Source: a virus
Taxonomy: Duplodnaviria > Caudoviricetes
Length of the DNA stretch: 64,000 nt
Virus record (IMG/VR): IMGVR_UViG_3300037424_000564
Span: 96,001 to 160,000 of that record
Direction: 5' to 3' (one strand)
Part shown: positions 28,747 through 38,555 of the stretch, piece after piece
Numbering within the stretch: the stretch's first letter is position 1
Layout of the letters: each line of letters opens with the position of its first letter
The notes under the pieces: generated by a model
What the model was told of the DNA's origin: nothing
Database searches by the model: none
The model's input: only the letters and a program-made list of their open reading frames with translations
Made by a program: the position numbers and the translations under genes

Positions 28747-28754
28747 TATAAATA
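28747..28754 (+). promoter_or_regulatory. T4-type late promoter TATAAATA
   Basis: Exact consensus immediately before the homing endonuclease ORF. Confidence 0.7.
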
Positions 28755-28759
28755 AACAT

Positions 28760-29863
28760 ATGATGTTAAAAATTAAAATTAAGGATACTAAAATGAATAA
28801 TACCATAATAGAACCAACAAGTCAAATATATTATAATTATCTTTACACAGACCCTAGAAAATCAGGTCGTTATACATATGAAGGATTGAATTTTAGTTTA
28901 TTATATGAACCATTTTATATTGGGAAAGGATATGGTTATAGATATAAAAAACATTTAGAACCATATCAATTAAATAAAAAGTCACATAAGAATAATAAAA
29001 TTAATAAAATTAAGCAAACACATAATATGTTAGATTATATTATTATATTTAATAAAAATTCAACAAATAATGAAGCTATACATAATGAAATTAAAATAAT
29101 AAAATCAATCGGTAGAATTGATCTTAACACTGGAACATTAACTAATTTAACTGATGGTGGTGAAGGATCTTGTGTTTATTCTTCAAAATACATACAAAAA
29201 TTATCACTAAGAATGTCAGGTAATAATAATCCAATGTCAAAATTCTATTTAATGAACTCTGGAATGGATGAAGAGCAAGCAATTGTATATTTAAAAGCAA
29301 AAGGAAAAAAATCAGGAGATTCAAAACGTGGCATACCATTAACAAAGATTCATAAAAAAAATATTAGTTTATCAACAAAAGGCAAATCATATGAAGAACG
29401 ATATGGCAAACTCAAAACTATAAAATTAAAAAAAGAACGATCTATACAAACAAAAAGCAAATCATATGAAGAAATGTATGGAAAAAACAAATCTACACAG
29501 CTAAAAAATAATTTAAAAATTAAAATGGCTGGTCGAATAAAAACAACCAACGAAAAAGAAAAACGAAAAAATACATTAAAGAAAAATGGTTCATTAAATG
29601 GAATAAAAAATCCTATGGCAAAAACGTATATAGTGAAAAATCATACAACTGGTATTGAAACTATTTTTTATGGATCATTCACTAAATATTGTGAAAACGA
29701 CAAATTTCGAATATCAGATATTAAAAATTTCTATTTAAATGAAGGAAAAATTACTGAAGATATGATTCGAGAAAAATTATCGTATTTACGTCCTCAAAAC
29801 TTCTCATTAAAATGTAAATTTCATATTAAAAAATACTTAATGTTGGAGTTCATTTGTAATTAA
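28760..29863 (+). mobile_element. Free-standing GIY-YIG homing endonuclease
   Basis: YNYLYTDPRK...PFYIGKG, NLTDGGEG, repeated KSYEExYG module; antisense insertion next to rnh. Confidence 0.85.
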
Positions 29864-29876
29864 GTGAACTCAAACA

Positions 29877-30911
29877 TTAAATTGCTAAGAAATCAAAAAT
29901 TTCCATATATTTTGCTTCAATGTTTTTAGAATCACCTTCATAGGTCCAGTTAGTCTTAACATTTTCATACGCATTATTTGCTATTGTTTTTCGAAGAGTA
30001 TCATCTTCAATTAACTTATAAAGGTATTCCCCCCAATCTTTCTTTTCATTCTCCACTAAAAGTCCATCAACTCCATGAGTGATAGTAGTTGAATATGGGT
30101 ATACTGCATGACCAACTGGAGCGCATTTAGTAGAACCATATTCTAAAAACTTAAGATTACTTTTACATCGGTTAAACATATTATCTTTTGCTACCATGAT
30201 ACCAATATCCCAATTTTGTTGTGCAAAAGTTTTATGAAAATCTTTTGTTTCAGCCCAAGGAATAGAGGTAGCGAACGATTTAGCAAAAGTTGGTGTGTAT
30301 CCCATCATATATAAATCAACTTTATCATGAGGTAAATTACGTAACACATCAGCTAGATAGTGTCCAAAATCTCCCTTATGAGTATAACTTCCAGCCCAAC
30401 CAATTTTCAATCTTTCATTTTCAATTTTTCCATCAAATGAAAGTTCATTCATCCATAATTTATTAGGAACAATAAATGTTGGTTTGTTGAATTTTTTGCG
30501 GAGGAAGTCGCCCAAAGGAACAGTTGAAGTAGTAATACAATCTACTAATTTCATTACCTTTTCTACTCGTTTGAGTTCTTTTGGTGGATAATGATTATGT
30601 GCTAAATTAGATGCTGGAATATCCCATAAAGTATCATCTAGATCATAGATAATCTTTTTACCATTGGCTTGCATATGAGGAATCCAGTCTAGAAAATATT
30701 CATGTAATGCTCGTTGAATAACAATGACATCTGCTTCAAAAATACGTTTATCATTAGCAGGGAATCCAGAATTATATTCACACCACTCAAAACTATCTTT
30801 AAGAAACATATAAGGAGAATAAATTCTATGATAACCACAGCCGGTATTATCGGATGAAGTTAACATAATTTTTTTATGGCCGTATTTTGTTTTTAAGTTT
30901 TCTAATACCAT
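29877..30911 (-). CDS. GT-B (GT4-like) glycosyltransferase
   Basis: GCGYHRI, YDLDD, IGWAGS, KSNLKFLEY, THGVDGLLV. Confidence 0.85.
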   Translation of the reverse strand: MVLENLKTKYGHKKIMLTSSDNTGCGYHRIYSPYMFLKDSFEWCEYNSGFPANDKRIFEADVIVIQRALHEYFLDWIPHMQANGKKIIYDLDDTLWDIPASNLAHNHYPPKELKRVEKVMKLVDCITTSTVPLGDFLRKKFNKPTFIVPNKLWMNELSFDGKIENERLKIGWAGSYTHKGDFGHYLADVLRNLPHDKVDLYMMGYTPTFAKSFATSIPWAETKDFHKTFAQQNWDIGIMVAKDNMFNRCKSNLKFLEYGSTKCAPVGHAVYPYSTTITHGVDGLLVENEKKDWGEYLYKLIEDDTLRKTIANNAYENVKTNWTYEGDSKNIEAKYMEIFDFLAI

Positions 30912-30914
30912 AGC

Positions 30915-31091
30915 TCAACCTAACAGTAGATTTGTTTGAGAATCGTACATTGCTCGTTCATAACAATCTTGGCAAATCAATAGAGGAACGCCAGTTGGTG
31001 ATGATTCAGTTTGTAATGTAACAAGTTGAAATGATTCGCTTTGTTCTTCAGTATATAATTTTCTACATTTACCACATGCAATTAATAACAT
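30915..31091 (-). CDS. Small zinc-binding protein
   Basis: AAGGAG RBS, CGKC...CQDC. Confidence 0.55.
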   Translation of the reverse strand: MLLIACGKCRKLYTEEQSESFQLVTLQTESSPTGVPLLICQDCYERAMYDSQTNLLLG

Positions 31092-31101
31092 ATTTACTCC
31101 T

Positions 31102-32499
31102 TTACGGTGTGAAATCAAAACCACTAGAAAGTTCAGTTTCAGTTTGACTTTGATTAAATTTAGATTCCTCATATCTTAATTTATCTTTAATATGAGCAGG
31201 AATTTCTTGTTCGGATTCGTCCAGATTTAATAGTTTCATTTTAGCATATTCTACGCCAATTGTACATATATCGTTCGAATTTTCATCCCATCTGGTTAAA
31301 ACGGTCTTCAGTAGGAATTTTCTAGCTTCTCTTAATTCATCTGTTTGAATAATAGTTCCGCCCCAATCGACATTCATAGCAATTGAGAAAGCATCTGCTA
31401 AATCATCCATACCAGTATCAGTAGTTTTCTTGACAGATCCTCTATTATTCTGAACAGCAGAAAGCATAGCAATATTAAATTCTTGCGATATTGCTCTCAT
31501 TTCAATTACAATTTTACCAACATATAAATTGGTATTACTGGCATGTGAACTGTTTAATGAAGAAGAAGCACAAATATTCAAATAGTCAATAATAATTACA
31601 TCAGGAATGAAATTTTTCTTTCCTTTTAATTCCCTCAACAAAGATCTAATGTGAGTTGATGTAAGTGAACCAGTTGGGTATTCTTTTATAATTAATTCGC
31701 CGTGAGCCTTGCTTACTAAAGCCTTAAAATTATTCTTAAATGTTGTTTTGTTAAGAGTGGTATTTAACTCACTCATTGGAATATCTAATAAGTTGGCATC
31801 AATCCTTTTACCAACCATTTTTTCAGACAATTCACATGTCAAATATAATACATTATTACCATTACGAATAAGAGAAGCAGCACAATGACTTAGAAATAAA
31901 GATTTACCACGTTTAGGTGGTGCCATGAATACAGCTAAACCTTTTCTTCTAATTCCTCCACCCATTGCAGTATTCAAAACTTCAATATCAAATGGAATAA
32001 CTTCTTGATCTTCTAGATACCATTTTAATCGTTCCATTGTATCCACAAAGTAATCATGGCCTACACGGATATCAAAACAGACAGCAAGAGCGTCTTTAAT
32101 CTTTTCTTCGATCTTTCCTGCATTATCAGTTTTTTTCTGTAAAATTTCAACAGAATCAATGATAGCATTTTCTAATGCTCTATTTTTGAAGAATACTTCT
32201 ACTTCATTAATGAGTAATTCTTCATCACGCACTAAGTCAACTGTTTTTAGTGAATCAATAAAAGACAACACACTGATAGTATCAATTTCTGAAATATCAG
32301 TATCTGTATTGATTAGGAGTTTGATATCTGTAATAGAGGGTTGTTTTGTGTATCTCTCGTAATATTCCTTTATTTTTTTAAATACAATTTCATGCTCTCG
32401 ATCAACTAAGTATCGTATATCCATATGAGGATATACGATAGCAAAGAAAGCTTCACTCTTAAATAAAGAGGAAAATAAATTTTCAATTAACATAGGCAA
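31102..32499 (-). CDS. gp41: Replicative DnaB-like helicase (T4 gp41-like)
   Basis: APPKRGKS, YLTCELSE, IKEYPT, IIIDYLNI, SAVQNNR. Confidence 0.95.
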   Translation of the reverse strand: MPMLIENLFSSLFKSEAFFAIVYPHMDIRYLVDREHEIVFKKIKEYYERYTKQPSITDIKLLINTDTDISEIDTISVLSFIDSLKTVDLVRDEELLINEVEVFFKNRALENAIIDSVEILQKKTDNAGKIEEKIKDALAVCFDIRVGHDYFVDTMERLKWYLEDQEVIPFDIEVLNTAMGGGIRRKGLAVFMAPPKRGKSLFLSHCAASLIRNGNNVLYLTCELSEKMVGKRIDANLLDIPMSELNTTLNKTTFKNNFKALVSKAHGELIIKEYPTGSLTSTHIRSLLRELKGKKNFIPDVIIIDYLNICASSSLNSSHASNTNLYVGKIVIEMRAISQEFNIAMLSAVQNNRGSVKKTTDTGMDDLADAFSIAMNVDWGGTIIQTDELREARKFLLKTVLTRWDENSNDICTIGVEYAKMKLLNLDESEQEIPAHIKDKLRYEESKFNQSQTETELSSGFDFTP

Positions 32500-32507
32500 A
32501 TCGTTTC

Positions 32508-32657
32508 TTATGCACTTGCGTCAATCTTTTGACTCAATTCATATTTTAGCTGTTTAATTTCTTCTTGTAATGTAGTAATTTCAATCAATACATTATAAGC
32601 TTCGAGTTGACTTAATGCTTGATATTTAGAATGTTCTAGATTCAGACTTTCATTCAT
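32508..32657 (-). CDS. 49-aa coiled-coil microprotein
   Basis: Own translation MNESLNLEHS...; fills the gap between genes. Confidence 0.45.
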   Translation of the reverse strand: MNESLNLEHSKYQALSQLEAYNVLIEITTLQEEIKQLKYELSQKIDASA

Positions 32658-33315
32658 CTGAACCATCCATTAATTTATGTACAGCATGTACTGCACATTG
32701 TTGATTATTAATCTTATCTTCAATATCAGAAGTAGCTTCGGTAATTTCAACAGCTTTGATTTTTGATTTGATAATAATTGAATCAATCATTTTGATAACA
32801 TCATGACTATATTCAGATTGTGATGCAGTGATATCATTAAGTGAATCTTTAACTTCTTCATTTTCGAGAGTGAACTGTTGAGTTAATGCTTTGATAGCTG
32901 AAAGAATCTTATGAAGAGCATCAGTTGCTTTGAATGGTTTTTCTTCAAGAAAATAACTATTGTACATATCAGCAAATTTACCAGCTTTTTTACCTTTGGT
33001 TACATAACTGATAGGAACTTCATTTGAAGGATAAGATACAACGATGCCGTGAGTGACCATCATGTAGTCTGCAAATTTTTCAAAGTTACCAGTGATATGA
33101 AGGCCATTGATAGAACTGGCGAGGGAATCATAAAATTTCTTGATTTTTTCTTCATCATTAGAAGCAAATACTTTAGAAACCTTTTCCATTCCTACTGGTT
33201 TGGATTCAAATCCAATTTTGATCATACGAGATAGTTGACCAATTTCTTGCTTAAGTTCATGATTTTCTACTTGTTTTAGAGCTAGTTCTTCGATTTTTTT
33301 CATTAGTTCGTTCAT
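32650..33315 (-). CDS. Hypothetical protein
   Basis: 221-aa ORF with phage-like codon usage. Confidence 0.7.
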   Translation of the reverse strand: MNELMKKIEELALKQVENHELKQEIGQLSRMIKIGFESKPVGMEKVSKVFASNDEEKIKKFYDSLASSINGLHITGNFEKFADYMMVTHGIVVSYPSNEVPISYVTKGKKAGKFADMYNSYFLEEKPFKATDALHKILSAIKALTQQFTLENEEVKDSLNDITASQSEYSHDVIKMIDSIIIKSKIKAVEITEATSDIEDKINNQQCAVHAVHKLMDGSDE

Positions 33316-33524
33316 AGGGATTCCTTAGATAAGTTAGTTTTATTGCATCGTTCATATAATTGACAGAATGCAGATAGGGTTATTTTAGGGGGATTGTTGT
33401 AGGTAATGTCCATATCTCTACGATTTCGTTCTACTATCGCAGGGCAATCGCAATTCGAGATATGGACATTAAACAGAATGCAGAATCTATCTTTCTTGTT
33501 TTCTAATGATAATTTCATTGTCAT
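33312..33524 (-). CDS. Hypothetical protein
   Basis: Overlaps both neighbours. Confidence 0.45.
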   Translation of the reverse strand: MTMKLSLENKKDRFCILFNVHISNCDCPAIVERNRRDMDITYNNPPKITLSAFCQLYERCNKTNLSKESL

Positions 33525-33891
33525 AATCTTGAAACCTATTTTTCATTCGGTCGAGTGTAACTTGAGGAACAATATGAATGGACCCAAAATCATCCATACA
33601 TCGGAGTACAGTTACAGTATAGCCCATAGTGTTTGCCATGTCAATTAATCCAGAAAAATGACTTACCTTCGTGTATACATTAGAAACCACAATATCAATA
33701 CCACTATTCATAGCTGATTTAATCGTATTATAGCACCAGTGGTGTGAAGGTGTTACCTTCTCTTGAGTCCATTCATAAATTCCGTCTCTCATATAATACA
33801 TATCAGTTTCAACAAAAAAGCACCCTAGCGACTTAGCATGAGTACTTTTGCCACTTCCCGGCAGACCACGAATAATTGTTAATTTTGGCAT
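33487..33891 (-). CDS. AAA_33 / Pnk-like P-loop kinase
   Basis: IIRGLPGSGKST, DIVVSN, HIVPQVTLDRM. Confidence 0.85.
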   Translation of the reverse strand: MPKLTIIRGLPGSGKSTHAKSLGCFFVETDMYYMRDGIYEWTQEKVTPSHHWCYNTIKSAMNSGIDIVVSNVYTKVSHFSGLIDMANTMGYTVTVLRCMDDFGSIHIVPQVTLDRMKNRFQDYDNEIIIRKQER

Positions 33892-33909
33892 TTACCTTAC
33901 TCCCAATTT

Positions 33910-34236
33910 TTTAATTTGATAGGAAGATACAGATTCACTGGCGAACTTATTAAGTAAGCCTCCACCATATCTTCAACCCTACTATCATCGGGGCATGACT
34001 TAGGCTGTCGCACTGCCCTTTTTAATGGGTAGTTACCCACTTCTCTTCATTAGGTTTAGTCCTAACTATTCGCCTACTAAAGCGACACGTCTCTTATTCT
34101 TGGCTACAGTGATGGTGGTTTTCTGTTCCACTCTATCCAACTATCAAGAAGGATTCACTATCCCAAGGTACATTTTTATGGATTCTCCCCACTTCTATCA
34201 TCGGTTGCGTTCCGACTAGCCAGTTACAATTGGCAT
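33910..34236 (-). ncRNA. Putative structured ncRNA (~330 nt), class not identified
   Basis: Gene-free gap, ~43% GC (103/240 over 33961-34200) in an AT-rich genome; several hairpins and long-range complementarities. Confidence 0.65.
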
Positions 34237-34527
34237 CTATTTAATTTCGAATTTGGTTCCCATAACGGTCAGGTTGATAACAGAATCAACATTGAAAGAA
34301 CGGTAAGCATTTGCTTGTGCATCAAATACACGAACGATATCTTTAGGGCATTCAGTAGCTTCCCGCTTGCGATTTTCATCAGAAACCAGATGACAAGTGA
34401 CGCCAGTACGACCATTCAGCCTACGAAGTTCACCATTTTTCTTGGTGAAAAGAACCGAGAAAAAAGAACCATTGGTCATTCCAAGGACAGTTTTGACATC
34501 AGCGGCATTGAGAGTTTGAGTTTTCAT
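34237..34527 (-). CDS. SH3-fold WYL-like (WYL_2/DUF2693-like) protein
   Basis: FFSVLFTKKNGELRRLNG...VRVFDAQANAYRSFNVDSV. Confidence 0.65.
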   Translation of the reverse strand: MKTQTLNAADVKTVLGMTNGSFFSVLFTKKNGELRRLNGRTGVTCHLVSDENRKREATECPKDIVRVFDAQANAYRSFNVDSVINLTVMGTKFEIK

Positions 34528-34561
34528 GGTGTATCTCCTTTTGGTTGTTGGTTATGTACTA

Positions 34562-34590
34562 ACTATAAACTATCTTTTATTTCTTGTCTA
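34562..34590 (-). promoter_or_regulatory. sigma70-type early promoter
   Basis: TAGACA-17-TATAGT. Confidence 0.7.
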
Positions 34591-34595
34591 TTTAA

Positions 34596-34778
34596 CTATT
34601 TGTTATAATCGAAAACAAAGATATCTGTTTTGTTTTCGTAAGGAACACCCAGTTGACGATAATGGTTACAGAGAAAAAGTGCCTGTTTCAGAGTATAGTT
34701 TTCAGTGAGATTGTTTTCTCCATCTGAGAAATAAAAAGGCTTCGATTTCATGCTGTTGTCAAGTTTGAGGATCGTCAT
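34596..34778 (-). CDS. Hypothetical protein
   Basis: AAGGAG RBS, promoter 34805-34833. Confidence 0.6.
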   Translation of the reverse strand: MTILKLDNSMKSKPFYFSDGENNLTENYTLKQALFLCNHYRQLGVPYENKTDIFVFDYNK

Positions 34779-34804
34779 GAGTTATCTCCTTGGTTAGTTA
34801 TTCA

Positions 34805-34833
34805 AAGATAATCTATTCCGAATTATTTGTCAA
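34805..34833 (-). promoter_or_regulatory. sigma70-type early promoter
   Basis: TTGACA-17-TATCTT. Confidence 0.7.
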
Positions 34834-34890
34834 TTAAAAAGTTACTAAAACGAGAATAATTAAAAATACAGCAAAAAATATAAAGAACAT
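34834..34890 (-). CDS. 18-aa hydrophobic micropeptide MFFIFFAVFLIILVLVTF
   Basis: AGGAGG RBS; own translation. Confidence 0.5.
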   Translation of the reverse strand: MFFIFFAVFLIILVLVTF

Positions 34891-34941
34891 TAGAACCTCC
34901 TATTATTTGACAATTAAAAATAACTATTACTTTTAAACTCC

Positions 34942-35079
34942 TTAAGTTAAAAATAAAATTAGTAAACCAATAATACCAACTAATGTGATCAGGTAATATT
35001 TCGAATTCTTTGTTTCCATTACCAAAATAATACCGACTACCTCAAGTATCGCAAAAAATAATCCAAGTAAGTTTTTCAT
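34942..35079 (-). CDS. 45-aa two-TM microprotein
   Basis: Own translation MKNLLGLFF...; start overlaps upstream stop. Confidence 0.55.
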   Translation of the reverse strand: MKNLLGLFFAILEVVGIILVMETKNSKYYLITLVGIIGLLILFLT

Positions 35080-35393
35080 ATTTTCTCTCTTTCAGGTGGT
35101 TCTGGTAGATACATCCAATGGGTAACTTCATCAAGAATTGGTCCCCATGATGTATTTCCATTTTCAATATACATCATAAGAAAATCTTCTTCAATATCAT
35201 ATCCATCATACATTTCAAACTTTTCCCCATGTTTATTTCTGGTATAACCATAATTAGTTTCATATACCGATGATCCCTTACCGGGACTTATTTCTTCAAA
35301 AGTATGATCAAATTCAACAACCAATACTGAAACTCCATATTTTCCTTCAGGAATTTTTGGTAGTCTATCCTTTACTGAAATCCATTCATTCAT
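35076..35393 (-). CDS. DUF551-like protein
   Basis: EWISVKDRLP...VTHWMYLPEPP. Confidence 0.85.
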   Translation of the reverse strand: MNEWISVKDRLPKIPEGKYGVSVLVVEFDHTFEEISPGKGSSVYETNYGYTRNKHGEKFEMYDGYDIEEDFLMMYIENGNTSWGPILDEVTHWMYLPEPPEREKI

Positions 35394-35701
35394 TTTTTAT
35401 CCTTAAAGTTATACTGAATATCGTTGAGTCGAAAAAAGTATGGAACATCAATGATTGGATAAATTTCTCTATCCAGTAGATTTGAAAACACTATACGATC
35501 ACCTTTTCTTTTATTACAAGCAATACAGGTAACTACATAGTTTTCTTGATTATACTCATTCACTTCCATTGCATTCAAAGGAATTATGTGATCAAGACTT
35601 GGTTTGCCTTTGATTAGTCGCTTACAATATGCACAAACTCCATTTTGTGATTTATAGAGTTTTGCTCTCATGGCAATTCGAAAAGATCCTGATTCCCTCA
35701 T
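35390..35701 (-). CDS. Small HNH endonuclease
   Basis: CAYC...SLDHIIP...NYVVTCIACNKRKG. Confidence 0.85.
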   Translation of the reverse strand: MRESGSFRIAMRAKLYKSQNGVCAYCKRLIKGKPSLDHIIPLNAMEVNEYNQENYVVTCIACNKRKGDRIVFSNLLDREIYPIIDVPYFFRLNDIQYNFKDKK

Positions 35702-35721
35702 AACGTTCTCCTTATAAAATA

Positions 35722-35750
35722 AGGATACAATATAGAAATTAAATTGTCAA
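35722..35750 (-). promoter_or_regulatory. sigma70-type early promoter
   Basis: TTGACA-17-TATCCT. Confidence 0.7.
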
Positions 35751-35751
35751 T

Positions 35752-36099
35752 TTAATTATTCGAAGAGTTAGACCAAGCTACTACCATATTCTGAAATGAT
35801 TTGCCATCAGTCATTGTCGGAAGAGATATAGGAATTATTTGTTTTCTCAAAGCAAATGCCATTCCTAGATCAAATAAACTACCTTGGCTTTGCCCATCCC
35901 AAACAATATGAATAACATCAGCAGTTTCTATTGCTTTTCTATTATCAGAACAGATACGCAATCCAGTTGTATCATTTTGATTAGTATCTCTATGCGGCCA
36001 ATGAACATCATAACCTTCTGATTCTAATTGTTTAACGACATCAAATGTATCTTCTGGTGATTTTCCACGAACCGGACAAATTAAAAATGTTTTCTTCAT
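35752..36099 (-). CDS. Nucleoside 2-deoxyribosyltransferase-like protein
   Basis: VHWPHRD...AIETADVI...SQGSLFDLGMAFALRKQI. Confidence 0.7.
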   Translation of the reverse strand: MKKTFLICPVRGKSPEDTFDVVKQLESEGYDVHWPHRDTNQNDTTGLRICSDNRKAIETADVIHIVWDGQSQGSLFDLGMAFALRKQIIPISLPTMTDGKSFQNMVVAWSNSSNN

Positions 36100-36305
36100 G
36101 ATAATTTAATTCCACAAAAAGGACAGAAATTAAAAGGCAAAAATGTATGTTCTTCATCTTCAATGTAAATTTCATCGATTGAAATTCCGTATTGATTTAC
36201 TTCAAACATATCAATTGTACCATTCCAATTATCTTTTTTGTACTTATAATCATATTTGTAAAATTCACAACCATCTGCATGTTTTGCTAGTTCTTCGTTT
36301 GTCAT
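36096..36305 (-). CDS. Small hypothetical protein
   Basis: C-terminal FCPFCG. Confidence 0.55.
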   Translation of the reverse strand: MTNEELAKHADGCEFYKYDYKYKKDNWNGTIDMFEVNQYGISIDEIYIEDEEHTFLPFNFCPFCGIKLS

Positions 36306-37285
36306 TTAAAGTCTCCTTTAGATGCGAACCATTCTTGGTTCAGTTTTACCAACATATCATTAATAGTATTATATTGTGGTTTATCTGGAAGTTCAGTTTC
36401 TGTTGCTACGGTATTGATATCATTTTCAATATCATCAGCCATTTCTGAAACTTCAGCTAATGAGTATTCACCATTGCGAATTTTCATTAGTAGTGGTTTG
36501 TCTACCAACGGAAAGATCAAATTTCCTGTTTCAAGAAGTTCTTTTCCTTCGAGTAGAAGTCTAATAAGATGCATTGCAAATTTGGTATCATAACCATATT
36601 CATCCACCATTTCTTTTCTACCAGAGAATTTTGATTTTCTGATTTCTAGTTGTTCTAATGCTTTTTCAATAGTAATATTTTTCTGAATATTAATATCTCC
36701 ACATTTCATATGGATACTATTAATAGGAAACTCAAAAATATGCTTGCCATCATCATTAAGAAAAAAACAAAGATCTGTAATATTTTCGGCTACATATGTT
36801 TTAGGTTGCAATTTACGGAGAATATTGATCGCTTCCTCAATATTGAACATATTATTTCGTTTAACAAACATGTTTTTCTTCTGACCAATAGCGTAACCAA
36901 TAAATCTATTCTTGAGTCCTTTATGTAAAAAATTGAATCTATTTTCAAGAAGTTGATCGCCATACCAGTTTTTATAGATAATATTTTCAGGTGTCACGAA
37001 CAATTGTTCAATGATATTTGGATTATTATCTAATGCTAGTTTCACGAATTTACGAACTTCATAAAATTTACGATCAATAGCATCAGAAGCATTCCTGCCA
37101 TTTTCAAGCTTTGATACTGTAGATAGATCTACTTCTTCGACTTTATCCAAACCAAAGAAATAATTAATAGGAGGAACAAAGATACCAGAATAATCTTCAT
37201 CAGATTCAGGACGATTCAACCCATAAAGATGTGAACCAACTTTAATTTCCAGAACTTTATTTTTTAATACGATTTGTTTAATCAT
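36302..37285 (-). CDS. Pol-beta-family nucleotidyltransferase (RlaP-like)
   Basis: VGSHLYGLNRPESDED, NNPNIIEQLF, YDTKFAMHLIRLL. Confidence 0.85.
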   Translation of the reverse strand: MIKQIVLKNKVLEIKVGSHLYGLNRPESDEDYSGIFVPPINYFFGLDKVEEVDLSTVSKLENGRNASDAIDRKFYEVRKFVKLALDNNPNIIEQLFVTPENIIYKNWYGDQLLENRFNFLHKGLKNRFIGYAIGQKKNMFVKRNNMFNIEEAINILRKLQPKTYVAENITDLCFFLNDDGKHIFEFPINSIHMKCGDINIQKNITIEKALEQLEIRKSKFSGRKEMVDEYGYDTKFAMHLIRLLLEGKELLETGNLIFPLVDKPLLMKIRNGEYSLAEVSEMADDIENDINTVATETELPDKPQYNTINDMLVKLNQEWFASKGDFK

Positions 37286-37598
37286 TGTTAGCTCCTAGTT
37301 CTAGACAAATATTCATATATGTCTTAATGGTTTCCATATCATGTTGACCCATAATAGTTCTGGTTGATTCTGCTAAAGATGGAATACATTTCACAGAAAA
37401 ACAAATACCATCTTTAGAAATCATATCAACAGAAATCAGCCCATCCATTTTTTCTTTAGCAGATTTCATCATAATTCCCTTTTTTATTGATTTGAGGTTA
37501 TTTGGTGCAGGACAACTACCACAATTACATCTAAAAAATTGAGTTGATTTATCAGTGAAGTATCCACATTCATAACATTCTGGTTTGATATTTCTCAT
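37278..37598 (-). CDS. Hypothetical protein
   Basis: CYECG...CNCGSCP; overlaps neighbours. Confidence 0.55.
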   Translation of the reverse strand: MRNIKPECYECGYFTDKSTQFFRCNCGSCPAPNNLKSIKKGIMMKSAKEKMDGLISVDMISKDGICFSVKCIPSLAESTRTIMGQHDMETIKTYMNICLELGANND

Positions 37599-38401
37599 AA
37601 TGAATCCTTTAATTTATGTGATTCTTCATATTGATACCAAGCATTGAAAATTTTACTAACATCATTATCATAAAATCCTGATGAATTGATGCAATTAAAT
37701 TCTATAACTTTGAGTTCATCATCAACCAGAGCCAAATCCATACAAACACAAGGACTTGGCAACCATTTATCAGCAAACTTCTGGGCTTCTGCTAATACAT
37801 CAGGATCTGTTTCTCTTTTAGAGAATAAATTACCACGATACCGATACATACTTCCATCAATAACTTTATGATCAATTATAAAATATCGCCATTCTGCTTG
37901 GATTACTTTTGGTTCAGCAAGCACGATGATCATATCTTCTTCCATTTTATACGTACCAGAAGAACCACAAACCATTGCATCAGTCAACCATAACCAAAGT
38001 TCTTTGGATTCCATCACTGTGCCAGTAAAATGTTTCAAGTCTTTATCAGGTCTTACAAACCACAATTTATCATCTGGACTTGATTGTAGAAACTTTATAG
38101 CATCTTCGACTTGTAGGATATGTTCAGCATTCATCATATCATCACGATTTGATGCCGCAGTTTTGTAACTGAAATTGGTCATATCAAAGTGTAATCCTTT
38201 ATATCCTCTTTGATATGATATAGTAGTTAACGAAGTTGAACCATATGGAATATAATCTACTCCTACCAATTCTTCATTAGCAGTTATTTCATCACTGAAA
38301 GGAATAACACCAACATATAGATTTGGCTTATCCGCAATAGCATAGCTAATTTCGAGTAATGATTGTACATTAATTAGATTGTGCTGAATTAGAAACTTCA
38401 T
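37595..38401 (-). CDS. ATP-grasp protein (DUF4343/R2K-like)
   Basis: YGST, WFVRP..DLKHFTG, EWRYFI, MDLA, VIEFNCINSSGFY. Confidence 0.8.
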   Translation of the reverse strand: MKFLIQHNLINVQSLLEISYAIADKPNLYVGVIPFSDEITANEELVGVDYIPYGSTSLTTISYQRGYKGLHFDMTNFSYKTAASNRDDMMNAEHILQVEDAIKFLQSSPDDKLWFVRPDKDLKHFTGTVMESKELWLWLTDAMVCGSSGTYKMEEDMIIVLAEPKVIQAEWRYFIIDHKVIDGSMYRYRGNLFSKRETDPDVLAEAQKFADKWLPSPCVCMDLALVDDELKVIEFNCINSSGFYDNDVSKIFNAWYQYEESHKLKDSL

Positions 38402-38406
38402 AATGA

Positions 38407-38553
38407 TTAACAGTTACTGTCGTAACTTGATTTTGATTTGGTTACATCTTTAATCAAATTAGCGACTAGTTTGCGAAATGCCGCATCACTTAAATTTGTT
38501 TTAATGACTGTTTCCAGAACTTCATAAAATTCATCAGTTGTAATTTTGCTCAT
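38407..38553 (-). CDS. 48-aa hypothetical protein
   Basis: Own translation MSKITTDEF...; GGAGG RBS. Confidence 0.5.
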   Translation of the reverse strand: MSKITTDEFYEVLETVIKTNLSDAAFRKLVANLIKDVTKSKSSYDSNC

Positions 38554-38555
38554 TT

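Noticed and set aside
33910-34236. Assigning the ncRNA to group I intron, RNase P, tmRNA or hammerhead
   Set aside because: Only short resemblances (CTGTAGCCAAG, GAAGATAT, AACAGAAAACC, CCGATGA) in the wrong order or without pairing partners; no interrupted host gene; no tRNA-like ends.
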